From NCBI GenBank assembly GCA_043758955.1, contig JAYVML010000200.1:1-62910 (forward strand): a DNA stretch of 62,910 nt. The letters run 5' to 3'. Shown in pieces: positions 41,460 through 52,527 of the stretch. The translations under genes were made by a program, and so were the position numbers. Every line of letters begins with the position of its first letter. Positions within the stretch are counted from its first letter, which is position 1. The notes beneath the pieces were generated by a model. The model was not told where the DNA came from, did not search any database, and saw only the letters and a list, made by a program, of their open reading frames with translations. Origin of the DNA: Novosphingobium sp. GTDB lineage: Bacteria; Pseudomonadota; Alphaproteobacteria; Sphingomonadales; Sphingomonadaceae.

Positions 41460-43205
41460 CTACATTTCCTCCACCGCCTCTACTCCCAACAGGGCAAGGC
41501 CGTTCTTGATAAGTTGCCCGATTTGTGACGCAAGATAAAGTCTTGCTCCGCTGAGATCGGCAGCTTGTGCCACGATGAAGCGCTTTTCGGGCCGGTCGTT
41601 GCCCACATTCCAATAGGCATGGAACGCTCCGGCTAGGTCATAGAGGTAGAACGCCACGCGGTGCGGTTCGCGCGCCGCAGCCGCCGCTTCGACCAGCCGA
41701 GGAAACTGCGCCGCCAGCTTGATCAGTTCGAGCTCCTCAGCACCAAGCAATTCGAGTGCCGCGGCGGATGGCGCAAACCCGGCCTCCGCGCCCTTGCGCA
41801 GGGTCGATCTGATTCGCGCATGGGCGTATTGTACATAGAAGACGGGGTTGTCCTTGCTCGCCTCGACCACTTTGGCGAAGTCAAAATCCATTTGCGCTTC
41901 GGGCTTGCGACTCAGCATGGTGAAGCGGACCACGTCCTTGCCGACTTCGTGGACCACATCGGCGAGCGTGACGAAGTTGCCCGAACGCTTGGACATCTTG
42001 ACCGGCTCGCCGCCGCGCAGCAGCTGGACCATCTGCACCAGCTTGATCTCGAACGGTTTTTCTTGTCCAACTCCCTGTGTCATTGCCGCTACCGCCGCCT
42101 TGATCCGCTTGACCGTGCCGGCGTGATCGGCGCCCCAGATATCGACCAGCGCATCGGCGCGCTCGGCTTTCTGGAAGTGATAGGCGAGGTCAGCGCCGAA
42201 GTAAGTCCAGCTGCCGTCGCTCTTTTTAATCGGGCGGTCCTGATCATCGCCGTACCGGGTCGAGCGGAACAACGGCAGCACCACCGGCTCCCAGTCGTCG
42301 AGCACCTTGCCCTTGGGCGCTTCAAGCTCGCCGTCATAAACCAGATCGTGCGCGCGCAGCCAGGCTTCCGCCTCGGCCGGCTTGCCTGCGGCCTGCAATT
42401 CGGCCTCGGACGAGAACAGGTCGTGATGGATCCCGAGCAACGCCAGGTCGGCCTTGATCAGCACCAGCATGGCCGCCACTGCGCGGGCGCGGAACAGCGC
42501 GAGCCAGTCGGCTTGGGGCGCGGCGGCGTATTGATCACCAAACTCCGCAGCGAGGTCTTGCGCCAGCGGAACCAGATAGTCACCGGGATAGAGCCCGTCG
42601 GGGATCTCGCCCACTGTCTCGCCCAGTGCCTCGCGATAGCGCAGGTGGACCGAACGGGCGAGCACATCGACTTGGCCGCCCGCATCGTTGACATAGTATT
42701 CGCGCGTAACCCGGTGCCCGGAATATTCGAGCAGGGTCGCCAGCGCATCGCCCACCACCGCGCCGCGGCAGTGGCCCATATGCATCGGTCCGGTCGGATT
42801 GGCCGAGACATATTCGACGTTGACCATCGCTCCGCCGCCCATCGCCGAACGGCCATAATCGCCGCCGAGCGCCGCGATGGCGCGCAGTTCGATCAGCCAG
42901 ACAGCCGGATCGAGCCACAGGTTGATAAAGCCCGGCCCGGCAATCGCGGCGCTGGTCACGCCGGGGACTTTGGTCAGCTCGCTCACCAGCGCCTCGGCCA
43001 GCGCGCGCGGAGTTAGCCCAGCCGGTTTGGCCAGCACCATCGCAGCGTTGGTGGATAGATCGCCGTGGCTGGCATCGCGCGGAGGCTCGACCGCCACCGC
43101 GCTGCGGCTCAGCCCGGCCGGGAGTGTTCCCGCCGCCTGCAGCGCATCGAGCGCCGCGGCGATGTGCCGGGCAAAGGCGGCGTGAAGCGTCATTGTATCA
43201 ATCAT
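41460..43205 (-). CDS. argS: Arginine--tRNA ligase
   Basis: HGDLSTNAAM, GPGFIN, SANPTGPMHMGH, EYYVND, WGADH, KMSKR, NPVFYVQYAHAR. Confidence 0.97.
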   Translation of the reverse strand: MIDTMTLHAAFARHIAAALDALQAAGTLPAGLSRSAVAVEPPRDASHGDLSTNAAMVLAKPAGLTPRALAEALVSELTKVPGVTSAAIAGPGFINLWLDPAVWLIELRAIAALGGDYGRSAMGGGAMVNVEYVSANPTGPMHMGHCRGAVVGDALATLLEYSGHRVTREYYVNDAGGQVDVLARSVHLRYREALGETVGEIPDGLYPGDYLVPLAQDLAAEFGDQYAAAPQADWLALFRARAVAAMLVLIKADLALLGIHHDLFSSEAELQAAGKPAEAEAWLRAHDLVYDGELEAPKGKVLDDWEPVVLPLFRSTRYGDDQDRPIKKSDGSWTYFGADLAYHFQKAERADALVDIWGADHAGTVKRIKAAVAAMTQGVGQEKPFEIKLVQMVQLLRGGEPVKMSKRSGNFVTLADVVHEVGKDVVRFTMLSRKPEAQMDFDFAKVVEASKDNPVFYVQYAHARIRSTLRKGAEAGFAPSAAALELLGAEELELIKLAAQFPRLVEAAAAAREPHRVAFYLYDLAGAFHAYWNVGNDRPEKRFIVAQAADLSGARLYLASQIGQLIKNGLALLGVEAVEEM

Positions 43206-43274
43206 GGCGCGGCCGTTAGCCGGTTTGTCGCGCAAAGGAAATGCTTGGCGCCCTGCGGCTGGCTGCACCCGAAC

Positions 43275-43925
43275 TTAGCGCGTGGCGTTGTAGGTCAGCT
43301 GATCCTGGCTGAGCTGGAACCCGACCAGCACATCGAAGGTGGCGCGGGCAAGCGCCGCCTTGACGTCGGGTTGGGCCAGCGGATCAACCGCAGCTTCCTC
43401 TTCGCCCGCGCGGCGCTTGCGCGTGATCCGATCGCGAATGTCCTTGGGCAGCGTTGCCTCGGCCTTATCAACATAGGCTCCGCCTTGGCCAGTGGCCGAA
43501 GCCCGATCTTGGCCATCAGTGAAGGCCAGAGAAACCTGCCCGATCCGTTTGGAGATAACCGCGCGGCCGCCGCGCAGTACCACCACGTAAAAAGGCAGCG
43601 TCACGGTGCGCGCACCGCGGGTGTCGATGCGGCGCCCCTGCACGTTGAAGCTGACACTGGTGAACACTTTCGCGCCCGCATCATTGCATTGGCTGCGCAC
43701 GTTGGTCATCGCCGCGACCACGTCGATATTGTTCGCGGTGGTATCTCCGGGTACGCGGAAGGTGGTCACATCGCCGGTGTTTTGCGGGATTCCCACCGAC
43801 GGGCAAGTGCTGCGCACGGCGCTGATTCCCACCCCTTCATCGACCACGATATCGCCCGTCGATTTGCATCCAGCGAGTACAGCAGCCAAGCCGATGGCGG
43901 AAATGAGGCGGGTACGAGCGATCAT
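43275..43925 (-). CDS. Conserved hypothetical lipoprotein
   Basis: Lipobox LAGC; CPSV, C, LPFYVVV, VGFQL..QL.YN. Confidence 0.8.
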   Translation of the reverse strand: MIARTRLISAIGLAAVLAGCKSTGDIVVDEGVGISAVRSTCPSVGIPQNTGDVTTFRVPGDTTANNIDVVAAMTNVRSQCNDAGAKVFTSVSFNVQGRRIDTRGARTVTLPFYVVVLRGGRAVISKRIGQVSLAFTDGQDRASATGQGGAYVDKAEATLPKDIRDRITRKRRAGEEEAAVDPLAQPDVKAALARATFDVLVGFQLSQDQLTYNATR

Positions 43926-44005
43926 TGAGACGTCCTTGGTCGATAGGTGTGATCTTGGTGTGCATGCCCTAGCGGCGCGAATGGCAAAGCGCTAGAGGCC
44001 GCTGC

Positions 44006-44968
44006 ATGAACGCCTCCTTGCCAAATCGTGAATTGCCGCCCTTGCGCCTGTTGCTGGCCGCACCGCGCGGTTTTTGCGCCGGGGTTGATCGGGCGATCGA
44101 GATTGTCGAGCTGGCGCTGCAACGCTATGGCGCCCCGGTGTTTGTGAGGCATGAGATCGTCCACAACCGGTTCGTGGTTGATAGCCTGAAGGCCAAAGGC
44201 GCAGTCTTTGTCGAAGAACTGGACGAAGTTCCCGACGGCGCACCGGTCGTATTCAGCGCGCACGGCGTGCCTAAGTCGGTTCCGCAAGCGGCCACCACGC
44301 GCGGGCTCGACTGGCTCGATGCCACGTGCCCGCTGGTCAGCAAGGTCCACCGCCAGGCCGAACGCCAGATCGAGGCCGGGCGGCACATCGTGTTCATCGG
44401 TCACAAAGGCCATCCAGAAGTAATCGGCACAGTCGGCCAGGTGCCCGAGGGCACGATCACCCTGGTCGAAACCGTGGCCGACGTTGCCGTGCTGCAATTC
44501 CTAAGCGATGCGCCGCTCGCATTCCTGACTCAAACCACGCTGTCGGTCGATGATACCGCCGAGATTGTGACCGCGTTGCGCCAGCGGTATCCGCAGATCG
44601 TCGGGCCGAAGGCCGAAGACATTTGCTACGCGACTTCCAACCGGCAGGCCGCAGTCAAGGTGATCGCGCCCGAATGCCAACTGGTGCTGGTGATCGGCGC
44701 GCCTAACAGTTCCAACTCGGTACGGCTGGTCGAAGTGGCCGAACGCTGCGGGGCGCAGGCCCGGCTGGTCCAGCGCGGGGCTGAAATCGAAGCCGACTGG
44801 TTGAGCGGGGTTGAGGTGCTGGGACTGACCGCCGGTGCGTCCGCACCCGAAGACCTGATCCAGGAAGTGATCGCCCGGATAGCCCAGTTTCGCGCGGTCA
44901 CGGTCGAGCAGGTGATCACCGCTGAGGAAAAGATGATCTTCAAGCTGCCCCGCCAGTTAACCGACTGA
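44006..44968 (+). CDS. ispH: 4-hydroxy-3-methylbut-2-enyl diphosphate reductase
   Basis: [55 protein letters not shown]. Confidence 0.97.
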   Translation: MNASLPNRELPPLRLLLAAPRGFCAGVDRAIEIVELALQRYGAPVFVRHEIVHNRFVVDSLKAKGAVFVEELDEVPDGAPVVFSAHGVPKSVPQAATTRGLDWLDATCPLVSKVHRQAERQIEAGRHIVFIGHKGHPEVIGTVGQVPEGTITLVETVADVAVLQFLSDAPLAFLTQTTLSVDDTAEIVTALRQRYPQIVGPKAEDICYATSNRQAAVKVIAPECQLVLVIGAPNSSNSVRLVEVAERCGAQARLVQRGAEIEADWLSGVEVLGLTAGASAPEDLIQEVIARIAQFRAVTVEQVITAEEKMIFKLPRQLTD

Positions 44969-45951
44969 TGGCGGTCTACACCCGGTTGGGGGCCGAAGCG
45001 CTGGCTGAGCTGATCGCGGCGTTCGACGTGGGCGAATTGCGCATGGCCAAGGGGATTGCCGAGGGCGTATCGAACAGCAACTGGCTGATTGAGACCAGCG
45101 GCACGGACGGAGCGGCACGGCGATTTATCCTGACGATGTACGAATATCGGATCGACCTTGAGGACTTGCCGTTCTTCCTCTCGCTGCTCGATCATCTGGC
45201 CGCCAAAGGCTGCGCCGTGCCGCGCACTATCCATGATCGGCAAGGTGCGCTTTACCGCCGGCTCGGCGACAAGGCGGTTGCGCTGATAGAGTTTCTGCCC
45301 GGCATTTCGGTCAGCGTGCCCACCCCGGCGCAGGCCAATGCGGTGGGCGGTGCGCTGGCGCAACTGCACCTGGCCGCCGCGCAGTTCGCCGGAAGCCGCG
45401 CCAATGGCATGGACCTGTCCGAATGGCAGCGGCTGGCGGCTGAGTGCGGCCCGGAGGGACTGCGTTCGATCGATCCGGCGCTGGCCGATCTGATCGCGCG
45501 CGAGCTACCTTTGCTGGTCAGTGCATGGCCACAAGATCTGCCGCGCGGGGTGATTCACGCCGATCTGTTCCCCGACAATGTGCTCATGCTGGGCGACCGG
45601 GTGACTGGGCTGATTGACTTCTACTTCGCCTGTACTGACCTGATCGCATACGACGTTGCGGTTACCCATGCCGCATGGTGCTTCGACGATGCGGGTCGTA
45701 ATTTCTCGCCCGCATTGTCCGCTGCACTGCTCGCCGGGTACGAGGCGGTGCGTCCGCTCAACCGGGCCGAGCGCGCCGCCTTGCCGGTGCTCGCGCGCGG
45801 GGCGGCGCTGCGCTTCACCATGAGCCGGGCGTACGACTGGCTCAATACCCCCGCTGATGCCTTGGTAATGCGCAAGGATCCGCTGGCCTTCGCCCGGCGG
45901 CTCAGCTTCTATGCCGATCCGGCCAATACAGGACTATTCAGCGCCCCATGA
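44968..45951 (+). CDS. thrB: Homoserine kinase type II
   Basis: [29 protein letters not shown]. Confidence 0.95.
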   Translation: MAVYTRLGAEALAELIAAFDVGELRMAKGIAEGVSNSNWLIETSGTDGAARRFILTMYEYRIDLEDLPFFLSLLDHLAAKGCAVPRTIHDRQGALYRRLGDKAVALIEFLPGISVSVPTPAQANAVGGALAQLHLAAAQFAGSRANGMDLSEWQRLAAECGPEGLRSIDPALADLIARELPLLVSAWPQDLPRGVIHADLFPDNVLMLGDRVTGLIDFYFACTDLIAYDVAVTHAAWCFDDAGRNFSPALSAALLAGYEAVRPLNRAERAALPVLARGAALRFTMSRAYDWLNTPADALVMRKDPLAFARRLSFYADPANTGLFSAP

Positions 45952-46412
45952 AACAGGTCGAAATTTTTACCGACGGGGCCTGCAAGGGTAACCCCGGACC
46001 CGGCGGCTGGGGGGCAGTGCTGCGCACCGGCGGGCATGAAAAGGAGCTATCGGGCCACGCCCCGGCGACGACCAATAACCGGATGGAGCTGACCGCGGTG
46101 ATCGAGGCGCTGGGCGCGCTCAAGAGTCCCTGCGAAGTCGCGCTGCACACCGACAGCCGCTATGTGATCGACGGCATTACCAAATGGATTTTCGGCTGGC
46201 AGAAGAACGGCTGGAAAAACGCCGCGAGGAAGCCAGTGCTCAATATAGATCTGTGGCAGGCGCTGCTGATCGCCATCAAGCCGCATAAAATCAGTTGGCA
46301 CTGGGTTAAGGGCCACGCCGGCCACCCCGAAAACGAACGCGCCGACAAACTGGCCAGCGACGCCGCGCTAACGCAAAGCCAAAAGCCCTCCCCCCACGGG
46401 GAGGAGAGTTAA
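45948..46412 (+). CDS. rnhA: Ribonuclease HI
   Basis: [42 protein letters not shown]. Confidence 0.97.
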   Translation: MKQVEIFTDGACKGNPGPGGWGAVLRTGGHEKELSGHAPATTNNRMELTAVIEALGALKSPCEVALHTDSRYVIDGITKWIFGWQKNGWKNAARKPVLNIDLWQALLIAIKPHKISWHWVKGHAGHPENERADKLASDAALTQSQKPSPHGEES

Positions 46413-46418
46413 TACGCC

Positions 46419-47516
46419 TCAAGCCCGCTTGTCCGCAAATCGCCCGGGCGCGTAAGGCGCAGGATCGACCGCACCGCCGACTTGTCCAAGCAGCAGCCCC
46501 AGCGCCAGATCGGCGGCAGCCGGTGCGGTCTGGATACCGAACCCGCCTTGCCCGGCAAACCAGAAGAACCCGGGCTTAGCCGCGTCAAATCCGTAGACCG
46601 GCAAACGATCCGGAGCAAAACTGCGCAAGCCCGCCCACTTATGTTCAAGCGCAACAATCGGCCAGTCGAGCACGTGTTCAAACCGGTCGATCGCGGTGGC
46701 CACGTCAATCTCCTCGGGCGCCGCGTCGCACGGCGGGCTGAGCGTCTCGTCGTGGGGGCTGAGCCACAGCTTTCCGCCTTCAGGCTTGAAATAGAACGAA
46801 CCGTCAAACCCCATAACCAGCGGGAGATCAGCCGGGACCGGCGTTCCCATCCGCAACTGCACCACCGTGCGGCGCAGCGGCTTGAGGCCGAGCGGTGCCA
46901 CGCCCGCCCGTTCAGCGACCAAATCGGCCCAGGCTCCGGCGGCATTGATCAGCAGCTGGGCGCTTGCGGTCCGGCCATCTGCCATCGACAAGTGCCAACC
47001 TGCAGTTTGGCGCTCGGCGGTGCCTAGCTCGGCCCGCAGCCACAGCTCTGCCCCGCCGCGTTTCGCGCCTGACAGATACAGCTGGTGCAGACCGGCGACA
47101 TCAATATCGCGGCAATCGGGCTCAAACGCGCCGCAATTCCATTCGTTTTTCAACCCCGGCAGTCGAACTTCGAGCGCGGCGCGGTCAAGCAGATCAACCC
47201 GTACCCCCAGCGCCGCGAATGTCCGGGCAAAGTTCGCCAGCCCGCCCGCCTCGTCAGCGCGGGCGAGCGTCAGCCCGCCGCGGTCCGCCAGCAAGGCGTG
47301 CTCAGTTAAAAACCCGAGCGAAGCGGACGTCAGTGGCTGAACCAGCGGGCCGCCGTAACTCTCGGTCCAAAATGCAGCCGAGCGGCCCGTGGCGTGATAA
47401 CCGGGCCGGGCCTCGGTTTCGAGCAGCAGCACCCGGCCATGTGGGGCGAGACCGGCGGCAAGCGAGGCCCCCGCGATGCCCGCTCCCACAATCGCAAAGT
47501 CGTATGCAGCAGCCAC
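46419..47516 (-). CDS. FAD-dependent oxidoreductase (DAO family)
   Basis: GAGIAG, HATGRSAA, NAAGAWAD, WAGLR, GQGGFGIQTAP. Confidence 0.9.
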   Translation of the reverse strand: MAAAYDFAIVGAGIAGASLAAGLAPHGRVLLLETEARPGYHATGRSAAFWTESYGGPLVQPLTSASLGFLTEHALLADRGGLTLARADEAGGLANFARTFAALGVRVDLLDRAALEVRLPGLKNEWNCGAFEPDCRDIDVAGLHQLYLSGAKRGGAELWLRAELGTAERQTAGWHLSMADGRTASAQLLINAAGAWADLVAERAGVAPLGLKPLRRTVVQLRMGTPVPADLPLVMGFDGSFYFKPEGGKLWLSPHDETLSPPCDAAPEEIDVATAIDRFEHVLDWPIVALEHKWAGLRSFAPDRLPVYGFDAAKPGFFWFAGQGGFGIQTAPAAADLALGLLLGQVGGAVDPAPYAPGRFADKRA

Positions 47517-47523
47517 CGCGTGA

Positions 47524-48498
47524 TTAGCCTGCCGCGATGCGGTTCAGAAAAGCCGTGCAGGCAGCCATCGCCCGGCTGCGCACCGGATCGCTCTCCCGTA
47601 ATATCTCGTGGTTTGCCTCACGCCCGAAATGAAGCAGCTCGCAGTCGCCCAGCCGGGTTGCAGCCTTGGCAATGGCACCCCAGGCCACCAGCTTGTCATT
47701 GTCCGACGCGAATATCATGACCGGCACTTTGATCGCCTCGAGCATGCCGGGCGCCGCCAGCAACCGCATTGAGGCATATGCCCGTTCGACCCAGCCCCAG
47801 CTGCCCGGTCCCATGACCAGCTGCGGGCGGTGCTCACGCCACCACAGCTCATCGGCATAGCGTTCCTGGTCATGAGTCAGCAGATGGACTCGCGCGGTGG
47901 GAACCTCACCAGGCTTTTCGCTCCATTTCCACGCCGGGCGGCGCGGATCGCCCAACCGTTTCATCAGCCGGGCCAAGCCGTGCATCACGCCTTGGGGCAC
48001 CCGGTGATCGAGGAATCCCAGCATCGGCGCGGACAGGATCGCACCATCTGGATCGACCTGCGCCTCAGCCATCGCCCGCAACGCAAGATGCCCGCCCATC
48101 GAATGCCCGGCCAGCACGTGCGGGCCGGGAGTTTCAGCCCGCCAGCGCTTCCAGAAAAACCCCAGATCTTCGACCCAAGTGGCGAAATCATCGATATGGC
48201 CCGTGGTCGCATCCCGCCCCAGCCGCCCCGAATCCCCTTGGCCGCGCCAGTCACTCGCAGTCACCTGCCAGCCTGCTGCCCCCCAGTGCGCCAAAGTCTC
48301 CAAGTATTTCTCATAGAAATCGCCGCGACCGGGCAGGAACAGGATTGATCCTTTGGCTGCGCCAGTTGGCGCTGCGGCAGTTGGTGGGGGCCAATCGATC
48401 CGGCGGATGGCCCAGCCATCGGCCGCCTGCCAGCGGCTCTCACGCACACCGGCGGCGATGGCACGGCGCGGCGCAACGGGCGGTACTGCTAAATTCAT
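47524..48498 (-). CDS. Alpha/beta hydrolase (lysophospholipase L2-like)
   Basis: PGRGDFYEKY, DWRGQG.SGR, GHSMGG, HEIL.E; ATG 48498. Confidence 0.88.
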   Translation of the reverse strand: MNLAVPPVAPRRAIAAGVRESRWQAADGWAIRRIDWPPPTAAAPTGAAKGSILFLPGRGDFYEKYLETLAHWGAAGWQVTASDWRGQGDSGRLGRDATTGHIDDFATWVEDLGFFWKRWRAETPGPHVLAGHSMGGHLALRAMAEAQVDPDGAILSAPMLGFLDHRVPQGVMHGLARLMKRLGDPRRPAWKWSEKPGEVPTARVHLLTHDQERYADELWWREHRPQLVMGPGSWGWVERAYASMRLLAAPGMLEAIKVPVMIFASDNDKLVAWGAIAKAATRLGDCELLHFGREANHEILRESDPVRSRAMAACTAFLNRIAAG

Positions 48499-48594
48499 TT
48501 GGCTAATTTCAGCCTCTCGGCACTGGTTACTTTTTGGTAAGCACTGCGCTTTACACACGCCCTCAGGGAGCTGGTCAGCGACTGGGGGGCGACA

Positions 48595-49095
48595 ATGCCG
48601 GACATCGAGTTTCGATACCTTTTGCTGGGTGCATTGGCAATCGCGCTGCTGTTTGCGGCGTTCACCGACATTCGCCGCCGCCAGATCGACAACTGGCTGA
48701 ACGCCAGCATCGCCGCTGGAGCACCGCTTTACTGGTGGGCCAGCGGACTGGCCTTCTGGCCGGACGTGGCTTGGCAAATTGGCGTCGCCGCAGTTACCCT
48801 GATCATCCTAGCGGGCTTGTTCGCAATGCGTGCGATGGGCGGAGGCGATGTCAAATTGTTGACCGCGCTGGCGCTGTGGCTGCAACCGTTCTGGTTCATC
48901 CGCCTGCTGTTTGGCATGGCGCTGATCGGCGGTGCACTCACCATTGTGCTGGGTGCCTGGCACATAACGCGACACCGCCGCGACAAATTGGCCATTCCAT
49001 ATGGGGTGGCCATTTCAAGCGCCGCCTTGTGGGTGCTCGCGCTCCAATTCCTTCCCGCCTTCTCCGGAGCTGCTCATTCGGGCGGGGCGGGGTGA
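48595..49095 (+). CDS. cpaA: A24 prepilin peptidase
   Basis: TD...RQI.N, MGGGDVKL, IPYGVAI. Confidence 0.92.
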   Translation: MPDIEFRYLLLGALAIALLFAAFTDIRRRQIDNWLNASIAAGAPLYWWASGLAFWPDVAWQIGVAAVTLIILAGLFAMRAMGGGDVKLLTALALWLQPFWFIRLLFGMALIGGALTIVLGAWHITRHRRDKLAIPYGVAISSAALWVLALQFLPAFSGAAHSGGAG

Positions 49096-49108
49096 ACCGG
49101 ATTTTAAC
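49093..49108. promoter_or_regulatory. CtrA-like site upstream of cpaB
   Basis: TGAA-CCGGATT-TTAAC, one mismatch to TTAA-N7-TTAAC. Confidence 0.55.
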
Positions 49109-49167
49109 CAGTTTGCCCGATTACGCACAAACGTATTTCGGGATTTTTCTAGGGGGCTTGTTTAGCC

Positions 49168-50205
49168 ATGGATAAAAAGAAGCTGATGTTGCTGCTTGGC
49201 GCGCTGGTCATTGCGATTGGTACCGCGATGGCTGCACGAAGCCTGTTCATCGGGGCCAGCGCCCCCAATGCAGACGCCGCCTCACAAGTCCCGAAGGGTC
49301 CCAGGGTACTGGTCGCCCAGCGCGCTTTACCAGTGGGCACCATCATCACTGCCGATTCTGTCGCCTTCCAAGCTTGGCCCAAGGAAATGGTTCAGGACGC
49401 TTACTTCATCGACGGCGAAGCCGATATGAACAAACTGTTGGGCACCGTGGTGCGCTATCCGATCACGGCTGGCCAGCCAGTCACCCAGGGCGGATTGGTG
49501 GCGCCGGGTGATCGCGGCTTCCTGGCGGCGGCGCTTGGCCCTGGCATGCGGGCGGTGACAATTCCTGTGTCAGCCAAAACCGGCGTCGGCGGCTTCGTTT
49601 TCCCCGGCGACCACGTTGATCTGTTGCTGACTCAGACGGTGCCAAGCCAAGGCGATGGCCTCCCGCTCAAGACAACCGAAACGATCCTGCGCAATATCCG
49701 CGTGCTCGCAACCGACCAGTCGACCGAGAACACAGTAGAAGAAGGCAAGACCGTAGTCCGCGAATTTCGCACAGTGACGCTGGAAGTGACGCCCAAGATT
49801 GCCGAGAAAGTCGATGTCGCCCAGACCATCGGCACGCTAAGTCTCGCACTGCGCTCACTTGCGGATAATCAGACGGAGCTCGATCAGTCGATCGCCAGCG
49901 GCACCCTGAAAGTCCCCGCCGGCGCGACCAAGGACCAGGAAGCAAAATTCCTAACAGATGCGATGAACCGGCCGAGCGACCATGGCGCCACATTTGTTAC
50001 CGGCGGCGACGTCTCGCGGTTCCAGCGCCGCACCATCCCCACCGCGCCGCGCACAGCCCAGGCATTCGCTTCGAGCGTCAATATGATCGCCAGCCCGCAG
50101 CCCGTCGGCGCTCGTCGCAGCGGATCCACGCATAACAGCTCTACCGCTGTGGTTCGCGTGACCCGCGGCAAGACCACGACCGCTGAACCGGTTGGAGGGA
50201 ACTGA
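49168..50205 (+). CDS. cpaB: Flp pilus assembly protein CpaB
   Basis: SAF domain (VLVA.RALPVG), PGMRAVT, VGGFVFPGDHVD, IL.NIRVLA.DQ, TVTLEVTP. Confidence 0.93.
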   Translation: MDKKKLMLLLGALVIAIGTAMAARSLFIGASAPNADAASQVPKGPRVLVAQRALPVGTIITADSVAFQAWPKEMVQDAYFIDGEADMNKLLGTVVRYPITAGQPVTQGGLVAPGDRGFLAAALGPGMRAVTIPVSAKTGVGGFVFPGDHVDLLLTQTVPSQGDGLPLKTTETILRNIRVLATDQSTENTVEEGKTVVREFRTVTLEVTPKIAEKVDVAQTIGTLSLALRSLADNQTELDQSIASGTLKVPAGATKDQEAKFLTDAMNRPSDHGATFVTGGDVSRFQRRTIPTAPRTAQAFASSVNMIASPQPVGARRSGSTHNSSTAVVRVTRGKTTTAEPVGGN

Positions 50206-50257
50206 CATGCAAACCCTTGCTCATCCCGCCCACTCCGGCGCGAAGAAAGGCCGTACG

Positions 50258-51859
50258 ATGAAACGCCTTGCGATTACCCTGCTGACAGCCGCCTGCGCGG
50301 CTGCCCCGCTGGCCCTGCTGTCTAACTCGGCGGCCAATGCCCAGGGGGTCAGTCGTCCGGCCAACGACATCTTGCTGTCGATCGGGCGCGGCCAACTCGT
50401 TACAGTCGCCGGCAATATGACCGATGTGTTCGTCGCGAACGAACAGGTCGCTGATGTCCAGGTCAAATCATCGCGTCAGCTCTATATCTTCGGCAAAGCA
50501 GGCGGCGAAACCACGATCTATGCCAGCAATGCGGCCGGCGATGTAATCTGGTCCGCCAATGTCCGGGTCGGCTCGAACATCGACAGCGTTGACCAGATGC
50601 TGCACATGGCCATGCCTGATGCCAAGATCGCCGTTTCCACCATGGGCACCAATACCTTCCTGCTGACCGGCACCGTCGCCGCGCCAGAGGATGCAGCCGA
50701 AGCCCAGCGACTGGTTCAGGCCTTTGTCGGCAAGGACGCCAATGTCATTACGCGGCTGAAAATGGCGACCCCGCTGCAGGTTAACCTGCATGTCAAGTTT
50801 GCCGAAGTCAGCCGCTCGCTCATCCGCGATATCGGCACCAATTTAACCAGCGTCGACGGGTCCAGCGGCTTCAAATTCGGGATCGGCCAAGGCCGCAGCC
50901 CCACGACGATCACCACCGACCCCAACCTGCCGCTCAGCGTGGGAAGCAAGGTTCAAGGCTACACACTCGATCCAAGCACTGGTACGCTGGTGTTGAAGGA
51001 TGGGACTTCGGTCACCACCGGCGGGGTCGGCTCGACCTTGGCCGGGCTACTTAAAGTGGGCGGTCTCGACATCCTCGGTGCGCTCGATCTGGGCGAATCG
51101 GTCGGGCTGGTCTCGACATTATCCGAGCCTAACCTGACCGCACTCTCGGGCGAAACCGCTGACTTCCTGGCCGGCGGAGAATATCCGATCCCGGTCAGCC
51201 AAGGTTTGGGCACCACCTCGATCGAATACAAGCGCTTCGGGGTCAGTCTTTCTTACACCCCGACGGTCCTCTCGAATGGCCGGATTTCTATGCGGGTGCG
51301 GCCCGAAGTGTCCGAGCTATCAAGCCAGGGCGCGATCACGATTAATGGCTTCCAGGTGCCAGCGCTGACTGTGCGCCGCGCTGAAACCACCGTGGAACTG
51401 GGTTCGGGACAGAGCTTCATGATCGCCGGGTTGATGAGCAACAGCGCTCAAAGCACGGTAAAGAAAATGCCGGGGGCCGGCGATCTGCCGATCCTTGGGT
51501 CGCTGTTCCGCTCGACCCACTTTCAAAAGGGCGAGAGCGAACTGGTAATCATTGTCACTCCATATTTGGTCCAACCGGTCGATGCCAACGACATCAAGTT
51601 GCCGACCGACGGTTACAAATCGGCAAATATTGCGCAGCAGGTGTTCGGCAATATGCAGACCGACGGCAAGTCCGGCGCGGTCCGTCCGCATCCCACCTCG
51701 GCTCCGCAGCAGAACCCGAACGGGCCGCAGGTCGGCGAACTTGATGCTCCGGCGCGCGCGCCTGGCCCGCAGACCGCCAACAGCAGCGACAAAGACAGCA
51801 AAAAGAAGAAAAAGGGTGACCGCGCCAATGGCGTCGGCCCCGGCTTCAGCCTGAACTGA
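50258..51859 (+). CDS. cpaC: Tad pilus secretin (alternative ATG at 50207)
   Basis: Signal peptide, QV.L.V.FAEV.R, LSEPNLTALSGE.A.FLAGGE.PIP, R.AETTVEL.SGQSF.IAGL, PILG.LFRS, ELVIIVTP. Confidence 0.94.
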   Translation: MKRLAITLLTAACAAAPLALLSNSAANAQGVSRPANDILLSIGRGQLVTVAGNMTDVFVANEQVADVQVKSSRQLYIFGKAGGETTIYASNAAGDVIWSANVRVGSNIDSVDQMLHMAMPDAKIAVSTMGTNTFLLTGTVAAPEDAAEAQRLVQAFVGKDANVITRLKMATPLQVNLHVKFAEVSRSLIRDIGTNLTSVDGSSGFKFGIGQGRSPTTITTDPNLPLSVGSKVQGYTLDPSTGTLVLKDGTSVTTGGVGSTLAGLLKVGGLDILGALDLGESVGLVSTLSEPNLTALSGETADFLAGGEYPIPVSQGLGTTSIEYKRFGVSLSYTPTVLSNGRISMRVRPEVSELSSQGAITINGFQVPALTVRRAETTVELGSGQSFMIAGLMSNSAQSTVKKMPGAGDLPILGSLFRSTHFQKGESELVIIVTPYLVQPVDANDIKLPTDGYKSANIAQQVFGNMQTDGKSGAVRPHPTSAPQQNPNGPQVGELDAPARAPGPQTANSSDKDSKKKKKGDRANGVGPGFSLN

Positions 51860-51872
51860 GAGGTGACCAACC

Positions 51873-52523
51873 ATGCGTAATATCAACACTCGCAAGGCGC
51901 TGGCCTTCGTGCTCACCTCCAGCCTCGCGATCGGGCTCAGTGGCTGCGGCGGCATGCCCAGCAACCGCAGCCTTGAAAGCACCCATCAGGCGGTGGTCAC
52001 CACGTCCAACTACACGCTCGATGTCGCGGCTGGCCCGAGCGGGATTTCAATCCCCGAGCAGCGCCGCCTAGCCGGCTGGTTCGAGGCAATGGACCTGCGT
52101 TACGGCGACCGCATCTATGTCGATGACCCGCTCAAGAGTCCAACCACTCGCAATGCCGTGGAAAGTGTGGCGGGTCGCTATGGCATGCTGGTGGGCGGCG
52201 AAGCGCCGGTCACTCCAGGCGATGTCAACCCCGGCACGGTTCGGATTATCGTAACCCGGTCTTCGGCTGCCGTGCCCGGGTGCCCCGACTGGTCGAACAA
52301 TTCGGACACCAATCTGGGTAACGGCACCAACGCCAATTACGGCTGCGCGGTCAACTCTAACATGGCCGCCATGGTCGCCGATCCGTCGCACCTGGTGCAC
52401 GGGGCGAGCGGCAACGGCGTGACCACCGTGATGAGCGGGACCAAAGCGATCGACAGCTACCGCACAGCCCCTCCGACAGGCGAAAAAGGCCTGAAGGAAC
52501 AATCGTCGCAGGCAGGGAAGTAA
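51873..52523 (+). CDS. cpaD: Pilus assembly lipoprotein CpaD
   Basis: Lipobox LSGC, CPDWS, NYGCAVNSN.AAMVADP. Confidence 0.9.
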   Translation: MRNINTRKALAFVLTSSLAIGLSGCGGMPSNRSLESTHQAVVTTSNYTLDVAAGPSGISIPEQRRLAGWFEAMDLRYGDRIYVDDPLKSPTTRNAVESVAGRYGMLVGGEAPVTPGDVNPGTVRIIVTRSSAAVPGCPDWSNNSDTNLGNGTNANYGCAVNSNMAAMVADPSHLVHGASGNGVTTVMSGTKAIDSYRTAPPTGEKGLKEQSSQAGK

Positions 52524-52527
52524 AGAC

